DNA of 64,000 nt from Paragordius varius (Eukaryota > Animalia > Nematomorpha): assembly GCA_964247055.1 (NCBI GenBank), contig OZ176057.1, positions 1,302,001 through 1,366,000 of the forward strand. Reading direction: 5' to 3'. The notes beneath the pieces are model-generated. The model worked only from the letters and a program-made list of their open reading frames with translations, did no database searches and had not been told where the DNA came from. The position numbers and the translations under genes were made by a program. Positions 25,731 through 38,200 of this stretch are shown one piece after another. The stretch's first letter is position 1; each line of letters opens with the position of its first letter.

Positions 25731-26485
25731 GGACTACCGCTTTGCCAGAAAAACGATTTAAGGCGCATTCGATCGTATTGTTCAGTAAATCCAAATTTTT
25801 GCGTGAAAATGTTTTCGAACAAAATTTACAAACAACTTCAGCCATCAACTTACATGCTCCCGCTCTCAATAACATTAATAAAAACTTTGAGAGCCTAAGT
25901 TTAGAATGCGATGAATGTGCTCAAAGGACAAATTCCACTAATATTATTCTTGAATCATCCAAAAAAGGGAATTCAAGCCTACGTAAGGCTGAAAATCTCG
26001 AAATCACAAATGTTGAAGGCAACAATAATATCCACGATTTGGTAAAATATGAGCCCATTACTCTTCCGATAGTGGTAACTCCTAAAGCGTTCCAAGTAAG
26101 TGGTTTCAGATATAATACTTTAAACAATAAAACTTGGGACTTGTTAAAAGCCCTTACTTACTAATTTAGATATTATGGAAAGGTATTACTTTCTTAAACA
26201 CATTCCTATCTTAAAACATAGGACTTCAGTGAATTATGAGACTAGTATAATTATTTTTTTTATTAAAAAAAATCTTGTTTATAGGAGTTTAATTGCAAAG
26301 TTTAGTATAATCACGTATCGTATTTAAAATTTTTGTACATTCGTCCCTAGATTATTTTAGAGTACCTGTACACAGGTGTAAGTCGAGTCTCTAAAGAAAA
26401 TTTTGCCGAAGTCCAAGTTGCTTGTGATGCATTAGTGATTGAAAGCGATTCCCTTACCGATATTTGCAAAAGTTATCAGGAATAA
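25731..26485 (+). CDS. BTB/POZ-domain protein, 3' exons (5' part uncertain, possibly truncated or pseudogenic)
   Basis: Exon 25731-26095 (KRFKAHSIVLFSKSKFL...PITLPIVVTPKAFQ|gtaagt) splices in phase to 26351-26485 (IILEYLYTG...VQVACDAL...*), giving canonical BTB motifs. Candidate upstream exon GLFCDIYIF at 24174. Confidence 0.7.
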
Positions 26486-29400
26486 TGCTCATTTATATAT
26501 AATGAAATTATCATTTCAAACTAATTATAGAATTTATGAAATGTTTGTGAAAAGATATTCCAGTATTTAAATTATATATTTTTTTGCATAACATCTTTAA
26601 TTAAATAAGTAGCAATATCATGATAAAGTTATTTTTTTTTAAAAGACATCGAATGTTTTTTTCACTTAAACGCAAAAACATGAGAATACTAATTCTAAAT
26701 TTTAATGAATTGTGTTACAGGCACAAAACAAATTTTTGTTAATTGACAAATTTAATTTGGCTAAGAAACATGGGTAAACTAAGAGTTAAATTAAATTTTT
26801 TGGACCAATCACAGTCTAAAGGACTTATTACAATTCTATAGATTATAATAATAATAATAGATGATGGTAAATGACGGATTGATTATGTTTAATTACAGTT
26901 GTAAAATCCGTAATATAAGAGTAGTTATTAAATTAATTTCTATGAAATTCCTAAGTAGCTATACTCTAAATCTAGGGTAACCTAGTATTGATTTTCAGTT
27001 TATTTTCGTGTTTTCAGTTTAGTTTTTATAAATATAAATTAAATTTAATTTAAATTCTAACCAACTGCATTTATACCAAAATTGCAAAGTTGGATGTATA
27101 TATGAAATCGATATGTGAAAACCCCAAGTAGTCAAACAGTTGTGTCTTACTGATGAGTGCCAACAAGCACGAAACTAGTGTACGATTACTATTGCCGAAA
27201 GGGTTTCACATATCGTTTATGATTTCTGTTAATAATTATCTTTCTATTAATTTTATATTTAATTTTCGATTATCATTATATTACACATTTTACAACTGTT
27301 ATAATAATAATAATAATAGTTTATATCGATTGTGATTGCAGTCTTATACAGCTATAATCATTAAATAAATAATAGGAGCTATAAAATGGGATAATATTTT
27401 GATAAAAAATTATAGATATTTAAAATCCATGCGTTTGATGAAAAAAATAATAAAATTGGAACGAAGGATGTGTACGTGAATACGGCATTAGATTTATGCA
27501 CTATAAGCGACTTGAGATTTATAATCCCGATTAAGCTACATTTTAGTTAGGATTGAGAATTTGACCCCTGTAAAATATACCATTTATAATTCAAATTCAC
27601 CCTTGAAACAATTCAAATTCACCATCGAACAATTTAAAATCACCCTTGAACAATTCAATTCACCCTTGAACATTTCAAATTCACCCTAAAAAAACAATTA
27701 TGCGTTTTCGCACTAATAAAACTCATTAATTTGAAATATATCTTTATGGCATAGTTTATTATTTTTTCAGTTTTATTTGAATTTAACACAAAATTTTATT
27801 TTTTAAAAATATATTAAAATATAGGTAATTTTTGATTTTAAAAAATACATAATTGAGGGTGAATTTGAATTGTTCAAAGCGAATTTGCATTGTTCAAGTA
27901 TGATTTTAAATTGTAAATGGCATATAATAAGTTATCATTACACACATTTATGGTTGAAGCAGGTATCATATCTGCAAAATGTATAAAGTTTTTAAAACAA
28001 ACATAAAGTTTACCGTGATCGTGTAGAATAAATAAATTTAATATACCAAGTATATAAATGATAATAACGTGATAAATATATGCTTGTAGATTTTGATCAC
28101 TAAATTAATTGATGGGTAGTCTAAAGAATTTTACTGGCACCTAAACTAGGTCAAAAATTATATACAGAGACTAAAATGTCTATATATTTGCTCATGAAAC
28201 AATATAATTTTTCAAAACAATAAATAAAAATACATAGTTTTGCCATTTATTATTTATTATATATCGTAGTGTGATTAATATAACTTTTTTGACTGCTATT
28301 TAAACGCTTTCCACTGTTATCAAATTTTATAATCAGAATCTACCTACTCATATATTTGTGCAGAGCTTGCATATTTTTCTAAAATAATCTGATTTAGGGT
28401 CACAAGGATGATTCACTAAAAAAATGGTTATCTATAGATAAAACCGTTACCACTTCATTACGTTTGGGGTATTTTTTTAATATAGAGCGATTAAGAGAGT
28501 TTCTACTGGGTCAAATCATAAAATCTTAAATATGCAGTCATTTATTTTTTTGTACAATTGTAAAAAATTTACATCTCAGACAATTTTTCGTTATTTGGGT
28601 GGGTTTTATTTATATTTTAGGACTTTAGAGGTAGTTTTTCACACTAGAGCGATTTGAAATTCAAATTAAAAATATTTAAGGTATTAAGTCAAAAAATACT
28701 TTTCGTCTTTTAGACAGATAATACAATTTTTTTCCAAAAAAGAAAATATCTTTTTCTCAAACTTTTTTGCCGCTATTTTCTTTACACTTTCTTAATCGCT
28801 AATGCAACATTTAAATAGATGTATATTATATGAATATATTTTGATTTTAATATCAGCTGTTCGTTTTGAGAGTGTTTTTGGAGCTCTCCCGATTTTAGGT
28901 TATAGAAGTCACAAAACTATAAAAAATGAAACCCTTTTATAACATGAGAACAATATAATATAAATAAAATAACTTTCAAAACTGTGGTTAGTATACACAA
29001 TTGAGCTCTGGGATATAAAACTACTCAATATGTAAATTAGGAAAAAAAGTGAAATGAAGTGTTAAAAGTATAAAATCGCATGCCAAACTTCTATATATAT
29101 CCTTTTGTAACGTAACTAAAAATGGTGAAAAATTAGTTATATTGAGTGCCTAGTTTTTTATCAGTTTTGTTTGAAATCTAACAAATATTAACACTTCGAA
29201 TCAGATTGGGGCAGATAAATACCCCAGACATTATTTAAATTGAAATTTTTAAAAACTACTGAAAGGAACGGACCCAATTTATGCTTTTTTTCTAATAAAA
29301 AATATATAAATAAGTTTAAATATAGAAATAACATTTAGTTATTAAAAAAGGGTCCATAGCAAACTACCTACTTATTTTATAACATTAATATATGCGGCTT

Positions 29401-30509
29401 ATTTATTTTTTAAGCTAAAATTAAAGCTAATTATTATTTAAATCACCTAACATTGATAGAAACAAAGAATGGCTTTTTTCTTAAATTAAGTTAATAACAA
29501 TCATGTCGACTGAATTATTTCCTTTGATTTTACCTTAAAAGTAATGTATTTTAAATAAATATTACATAATTAGTTCAAACTTTTTCCATATTCCCACCTA
29601 CCATATTTTCCCAATGTGTATCGAAGGACTAAAATAAATGTGTTTTATCCAAGATTTTATAAATCCCCATATATATTTGTGGCCCTATTTTTTTTGCATC
29701 AAAAATGTAAGCTGCGAGCGACTTCATTGGTATTGTATCTCACTAAAGGCTAGTTTATAATTTTTTTGCATGTTAAATTCGATTATAATAATGTCATTAT
29801 ATTCCATCTAAACAAACTGGACAAAAAAGATGCCCCATCAAATTAAAGTATTTAAAAAAGCTATGTTTGATTAATTAAAATTTGCTTGGTCTGATGCATT
29901 CTTTTATGCCCTTTTTAACAAACTGTTGATAGTCATTACTTTTATTCAAGTGGATATATAATTTTTATACATAATGTTCATTTGATTTTCATATTTCTGT
30001 CCGCGATGACGTCTTTGATTAAAATTTAATTATTAAACATTGTCCTGTTTTAGATGAAAATTTTATATTATTTATTTGTAATTTTTAGAGTTTAGAAATT
30101 GAACAGCTCCAAAACCAAATAATAATCGGATATTAATTTCAAAAAACAGTTTGAAATAAAGTTTTAATTTAAAATTCTTACCATATCTATTGTATTTGCC
30201 TGCTGTATCAGCAAAGTAACTTACAAAGTCTAATGGTGATATAGTTGTTTACGCTTTAAATACATGCGCCTTAAAAAAGTTCAGATAACATAAATTTTCC
30301 CCAACAGATTAAATACTTTATAGGATATTTAAAATCGGTGTTGAATATAAATTTTCCCAAAAGATGAAGTGTAAATGTTATTTTATTTTTAACAAAGCAT
30401 TCTTACGAATTAAATTTATATTTAAAAATATCTCAAATTGTGTTGATTAAGAATTTTTTATAAATATATCAGCAGGTACACTATAAAACACTTTTCCAAT
30501 ATGTAATAC

Positions 30510-33215
30510 ATGTTTTTTCACCCCAAGCCTTTGCTGAAAACAATAAAATTTTCCAATTCAAATTTTAAAAAATTTATGTCACATTTATTGGCTGATATGA
30601 AGTCATCAGGAATACGGAAAAAACAAAAATTTTCTGACAATACTTTTGGAAATGTTCCGACAACTGCCTACTTAGAGGTTATTGGATGTGGAGCAAGGGG
30701 TTCTCCTAAAAGCGTGCATCTCTTTACAAATACTTTAAGGTTAGATATTATTAAAAATTTTATTAAGTTAAGTTTAAACTATTTTTGAAAATTTTTTTTG
30801 GAAGGGCATTTTAAATTGGCGCATCGAATATTTATCAAATGCCGATGGTGTGACGAATTAAATATTAATGCTATTATAAATATTTAAAAAGTAAGTAAAA
30901 AATATAAAAACTAATTATTTACTTTTATTGTCAAATTTTTAATTTACTCTGGCATATTAAATATTGTTAATTTTAATTTAAAAGTGATCATTCAAAGCCT
31001 ACGTTAACCTTAGTCTTTACTGTAAATAATATTTTTATATAAAATTTATCAAAACATTATATATAATCTGATTTTAGCAACAAAACTTTTTACAATTATA
31101 GTTTGTAAGAATTTCTAATCTTAAATTTAAATAGCTTAAGTTTAAAATCTGAAATGTTTTAAGATATCACTTAAATGATTTTAGATATATGTTTAATGTC
31201 GGTGAAGGTATTCAACGGTTAGTCACTGAACATAAATGCAAACTTTCTCGGCTCTCAGGTATATAGATATTTTATCGCAATTACACTATATTTCAATTTA
31301 TCTACTCTCTATAATGGATTCATAAATAAATTTTTGGGTAGTAACACAATCATTATATGTAATTTAATTACTTTTTTCCCAATACTTATATGATATTTGC
31401 AGTTTGAGTTTATTTTTGGAATTAATTGTTTAACATACTATACGGAGCAAATGGTACTAACTAATAAAATAAATATTCTTCGATTATTATCTTGTAAATA
31501 GTTGATTGTAATTTTGTTTGAAATTAAACATCAATAGAAACCATTTTTAAATTATATGTATTATTTTGCCATCGAAAAAATTTTGTCAATATTTTATACC
31601 CTATTTTATCCAAAAATTTAAGGTATATTTATTACACATTCATCATGGGACAACCTTGGTGGCTTACCTGGCATCCTTTTATGTTTACGAGATATAAACA
31701 TTAAAAAGGTTACTTTACATGGTCCACCCAGGGCTGAGAATCTTTTCATAATGACCAAGGGGTTTATGGAAACGCAAGACATAGAAATTGGTAATTAAAG
31801 TGAGTAGCGTAAGAAATTATAGTAGGAGAAATCGACACGAAATAAGTTAATTGGTTCGGCAATGATTATATAATTATTGGTGCACCAAATAACTATGCAA
31901 TGTCCTTTTCTCTGAAAGTTTTCTCGTTAATCAAACATTTAAACGGTAGAAATATTGTAAAAATTAAACCTTATTTAATTATAATTTTTTGAACGCTTTA
32001 AAACATTTCTTATATATTTCGCATGGAATTAAATATTAATATATCAGATTTCTCATTCTTTTTATTTGATTTTATATAATTTATAAAATTTGCAAAGTTA
32101 ATATTTTCTGGTAACACACATTAAATTGCGTATTTTTTTTTCGCTTTGCTTAGAAAAATATGATTACCACAAACAGATATATAATGATGGTTGTATTCAA
32201 GTTGAGTATGTACCTATATATCCCACGGATTTTAATCTGGAAAACGCTGTATCATATGGTGATATGAATGGCCAAAATCCGTGTCCTATCCCTCACGATT
32301 TAAGCGCCACCACTGATTATTCTGATCATACGTCATCCTCTTCCACATCTGACTCCTCTAATATAAATGAAAATAACCAAAAATGTAAACTTAAAAAACT
32401 TGAAAATACGAGAGAAGCTTTAGGGGATATTGAAAGGAACAAATCCAAAAAGCCTGGAGACAGAGATACAGTTTTAGCTTTTATAGTTAAGGTTTGATAT
32501 ACATTTCTATATTATATTTGATTGATTAATTAGAATCTTAGACTCTTCAAACACTTAGCTGATTATTAAGTTAAATGGTTAAGATGTAAAATGTTAGGAT
32601 TATAAAGTTTTGATTGAAAAGTGTTCAATTTGGTTAAAAGTGTTGTTTAAATAAATTTTATAAATAAAAAAAAACTGGATTTATTGTGGTTTAATAATGT
32701 GGGATTCAAAAAATTTTGCGTTTGATCGAAAATTCGTTTAAAAGAAATGGTATAATAGTTAAAACGGGTTGGTTGGAGGATGACAAATTTTTAGTAATGA
32801 TAATATTTTTTTAGCTGTATTTAAATTCACCCTAAAAATAAATTATGTGTTTTCGAACTAATATAACTCATTATTAATATGAAATATATCTTTATGGCAT
32901 AGCTAATTATTTTATCAGTATTATTTAAATTTAGAATTTTTTTTTATTTTTTTAAATATATATATATATATATAAATATAGGTAATTTTAGTCCTTAAAA
33001 ACATACAAGGGTGAATTTGAATTGTTCAAGGGTGAATTTAAATTGTTCAAGGGTGAATTTGAATTGTTTTAGGGTGACTTTAAATTGTACAAGGGGGAAT
33101 TTGAATTGTTCAAGGGTGAATTCGAATTGTTCAAGGGTAAATTTGAATTGTTCAAGGGTGAATTTGAATTGTTCGAGGGTGAATTTGTATTGTTTAAGGG
33201 TCAATTTGTGTAAAT

Positions 33216-33250
<35 letters not shown>

Positions 33251-35223
33251 CCTTTTCTTACACACAGATGGCAGATAAACCTGGTCAATTAAATTTCCAA
33301 AAATGTTTGGAATTCAAAGTTCCCCCAAACAGTCCAAAATTGTCGCAACTTAAAAATGGGCAAGATATAATTTTGGATGATGGCACAATGGTAGATTATT
33401 AAATTTAATCTAATTTGATATTTGCAAAATTTGCATTGGAAAATTAAAAATATTTTTTTTTGCTCTAATTTACTGATTTTAAAAATTTTCATTTTTATCA
33501 TAATAAAACATTTGAAACATTTACCCGTCAATAATACATTTTTGACACATTTATAAATACCATTTTTTTTCAATTAAAAAAAATTACGTTCAAAATATTT
33601 ATATATCGGTTAAAAGAATACATAAACACATGGCATATTTTTGCATTTAATATAAATTTAAATTTTTTTTATTTATAATTATTATTTTTATTGCATTTTC
33701 AAGGTGAAATCTAGCGATGTGTTAGGTAGCACGGAAAAAGGTCAATCTTTTGCAGTTATTGAATGTCCAAATGTAAAATATCTCAACAATTTAATTCAAA
33801 ATACTTCATTTGATCCTTATTTCACGCAAAATTACAATCGTGATCATGGCAAAAGTATTTATTCTTCTTATGGTAATATGTATTTATATCATTTGCACTT
33901 TAAGAATGTCCTTGAACATTTCAAGTTGGGCCTTGAACATTTCAAGTTGGTCCTTGACCATTTTAAGTTGGTCCTTGAACACTTTAAGTTAGTCCTTGAA
34001 CATTTCAAGTTGGTTTTTGAACATTTCAAATTGGTCCTTGAAAAGTTCAAGTGGTTCTTGAACAGTTCAAGTTGGTTCTTGAACAGTCCAAATGGCTCCT
34101 TGAACATTTCAAGTTGGTCCTTGAACACTTTAAGTTCCTCTTTAAACACTTTATGGTCCTTGAACATTTTAAGTTGGTCCTTGAACATTTCAAGTTGGTT
34201 CTTGAACATTTCAAATTGGTTCTTGATTTCAAGTTGGTCCTTGAACATTTTAAGTTGGTCCTTGAACAGTTCAAGTTGGTCTTTGAACACTTCAAGAGTG
34301 TCCTTGAATATTTCAAGTTGGTCCTTGAACACTTTAAGTAGATTCTTGAACACTTCAAGAGTGTCCTTAACACTTCAAGTTAGTCCTTGAACATTTCAAG
34401 TTGGTCCTTAAACAGTTGGTCCTTGAACAGTTCAAATTGGTCCTTGAACACTTCAAATTGGTCCTTGAACACTTCAAGTTGGTTCTTGAACACTTCAAAT
34501 TGGTCTTTGAACACTTCAAATTGGTCCTTGAACACTTCAAATTGGTCCTTGAACAGTTCAATTTGGTCCTTGAACATTTCAAGTTGGTCCTTGAACACTT
34601 CAAATTGGTCCTTTGACTTTTTTGTTTTGTGTTTAACTTTTATCAATCAAATCGTATATAATTCATCTATTTTATCGGTCTTAAACTATTTTTCATTATT
34701 TTAAATTAATTTTAAATCAATAGCAACTTGAGAAACCGTATATATCTTTATTAATTTCTTAAAATTATTTTGGATATTTATAAGATTTTAACACGTAATT
34801 AAAAATATATAAGATTTCTGGGTATTATTTACAATTTTTCATTAAATATTTAAAAGTTAATAATTTTGTTATATTGGAAAAAAATAATTTAAAAAAGATT
34901 TTAAAATAAAAAAATAAATGCAAATTTAATGTTTAGAACTGTTTAAGGACATTCTTGAAATGCAAATGTTATATATAAATCAAAAAAATTTTATTATGGA
35001 ATTTTTACCTGTATAATTTTAATTTATACTATATATATATATATATATCCTTATAGCTTTTGCGGTCAAAAATATTTTTCCCCCCTAACAAACAAGATTT
35101 TTTTGCTAATAAATCATTATTAATATTTTTTGTTTAAAAATAATTCTAAAATTAATAAAAAAATTTAAATATATATATATTTTAGAAGATAAAATATATA
35201 ATTTTCAATTTTAAGATTTTTTG

Positions 35224-35271
<48 letters not shown>

Positions 35272-38200
35272 TAAATTTATAATCAATATTAATTTTTTTA
35301 AATATCAAATAAAAAAAATAGAAAATGAAAAAACCCTAGCTGCCATAGTACATTTCAGTCCAGAAAGTATTGTTAAACTTCCCCTATATCAAGATTGGAT
35401 TGCAAAGTATGAATATTATTTAAATATTTTTTTTAAAAATTTTTTTTTGAAAAAACTAATTTTTAGGAATAATTTAGTATTTTATTAAATATTTGTAAGT
35501 AAAAAATAAAAATTTAGTTATGATTTATCCAGGTATGAAAGCGAAATTTATGAATTTAAAATACATGCGGCGATATATAAAATATTTTCAAATTTAAATA
35601 TATTAAATAATTTTAAATAAATATTCGACATTTTTCTCGGTTAAGATAAAATTATTTTAATGTTTTGGGATTTTAAATATACTTATTACCGATATAATTA
35701 TAATTTTAAGTTTTCAAAGTATGCGTGACGTGGTTATATTATTAAAGGAAATATTATAAATTTAAATTGTAAATTTAAATAAATTTATATAAATTTATCT
35801 GCGAAGATTCTAAAGTTATGATTAAGTTTTTTCAAACTTTTTTTCTTTTTTAAATACAGGTGCATAAAGATTGCCTCTAGTCAGCACATTTATAGATTAA
35901 ATATTCCTTATAATTTTAAACTTATTTTTTAAATAATTATATGAAAATTTTTATTTTTATAACCTATATCTCAATTTTTTGGGGTTTTAAATGTTGATAA
36001 TTATCAATAATTTTCTACAAAATTGCTTTTATAATATACAATTTATACATTTAAACTATTCATTACATATTTTTCGTACAATTCTGCGCTTTATAAAGAA
36101 TTTAATTGTAAATGTGTAAATATAGAAATATATATAAACTGAAATTATACGGACAAAACGTAAAAATATAACGACAAATATTTTTTTCTAAAAAAACAAC
36201 CATATTTTTTAAATCTTGATTTATTTTAATATAAGTCACTAAATGGCAAAGTGTGAAATAAAAATATAAATTACTAACACAACAATCAATTCTATATTTT
36301 ACAATTGTAACTAAATAGCTTATATGGTAAAAATAAAGGTTTATAAAAGTATGGTTTGTCTTTTAGATAAAAATATTTGTCTTTATTTTATTATGTTTTG
36401 TCCGTAAAAATTTAATTTTTACTGTATATATTTATAAAACAAGGTGTTTATTACGAGTAAATTTTGTCAACCTTTTAAATATATAAAATGAATTATATAT
36501 GGAATCCTTAAATTGACCCTTAAACATATCAATGTTACGCTAAAACAAATAGTTTTTTTTGAATATTAAAAAATACTTATAATATTACTTTACATACTAT
36601 TTACAGTTGAAATTTACCCTTAAACAATTCAAAATAATCTCACCCTAAAATAAATTAGGTGTTTTTAAGTTAAAAATTACCTGTATATTTTAATAGATAT
36701 TTTCAAAAATTGAAATTTCGTAACTATGCCATAAGGATATATTTTATAATAATGATGGAGTTATATTAGCCCCCGAAAACACATAATTAATTCATTTTTA
36801 GGGTGCATTTGAATAAATGGTATATTTTTTTAATATTTTACTGTACTCATGAAATTTCATAAAAAGTTATATACTACGGGAAAAATTATAAACTATATAT
36901 CATATAAATTATGTCATTTAATGAATTATAAGTTTATTAAAAATTGTTCAAGGGGGAATTTATAACGTAAAGGGTATATTTACTTATATATACCATTTAC
37001 AGTTCAAATTCACCTTTGAACAATTCAAATTCACCCTCGAACAATTCAAATTCACCCTTAAACAATTCAAATTCACCCTAAAATTAATTATGTGTTTTCG
37101 AACTAATGAAACTCATTATTAATATTTATTTTTTCAGTATTATTTTAATATAAAACAAAATTTTTATTTGTTTAAAATATATAAAAATAAACATATATAT
37201 TTTATTTGAGGGTGATTTGAATTGTTCAAGGCTGAATTTGAATTGTTCAAGGGTGAATTCAAATTGTTCGTGAGTGAATTTAAATTGTTCAAGGATGAAT
37301 TTGAATTGTTTAAGGGTGAATTTAAATTGTAAATGGTAAATTTGAATTATTTGAGGGTGAAGAATTGTTCAAGGTGAATTTGAATTGTTTGAGGGTAAAT
37401 TTGAATTGTTCAAGGGTGAATTTGAACTATAAATGGTATATATTTTTACATAAATTTTTGATATAATTTTGCACTAAAAAAATCTTTTTATGATTTTTTT
37501 TCAGATTTGGACCACACACTACCCACATTTACATAAATGATGGAAATAATAATTGTTTATCACTGTTAAGTCCCCTAGAACTTCAAACTAAATTAAATTG
37601 CTTGGATTCTAGAATATTCCCTGCACCACCTATCATTAAATTTGACCCGACAAGTTGCTTAGAAAATGATAAAATCTCACAAAGTTTGCTTGAAAGCAAG
37701 CTAGTAGATGGAATAATGACAGAAAAAAATAGTTTTATTCACAATAATATACCATTTACAATTCAATTTCACCCTTAAACAATTCAAATTCACCCTTGAA
37801 CAATTCAAATTCACCCTCAAATAAAATATAAGTTTTTTAAGATTAAATATTACCTATATTTTATATATTTTTAAAAAATAAAAATTATGTTTTAAATTAA
37901 AATAATACTGAAAAAATAATAAACTATACCATAAACATATATTACATATTAATAATTAGTTATATTAGTTCGAAAAAACATAATTTATTTTTAGGGTGAA
38001 TTTGAATTGTTCAAAGGTGAATTTGAATTGTTCAAGGGTGAATTTGAATTGTTCGAAGGTGAATTTGAATTGTTCAAGGGTGAATTTGAACTGTAAATGG
38101 TATATTATTATAGGTGGAAAAAATGGGAATAATCCAGCTTATAATAATATATATGGTAAACCACTTGATAAATTTTATTTGAGACCATATAAAAATAATA

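Noticed and set aside
29795-29840. CPVCLD on the minus strand as a RING finger start
   Set aside because: A stop follows two codons later and no further Cys/His ligands or usable splice sites were found.
32995-33288. ORFs such as MNLNCSRVNLNCSRV (also 37996 and 41319)
   Set aside because: These are translations of MITE subterminal repeats. Only the distal parts of the 37996 and 41319 ORFs are genuine ELAC2 exons.
33889-34704. 21-bp array as a CRISPR array or as several real repeat-protein genes
   Set aside because: Units are contiguous with no unique spacers, there are no cas genes, and the DNA is eukaryotic. The stacked ORFs follow from a stop-poor 21-nt unit.
35205-35250. (AT)n tracts (also about 15840, 33218, 44070, 54590, 63340) and the poly-T stretch at 42540-42650
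   Set aside because: Ordinary microsatellites and low-complexity DNA, relevant only as MITE targets.
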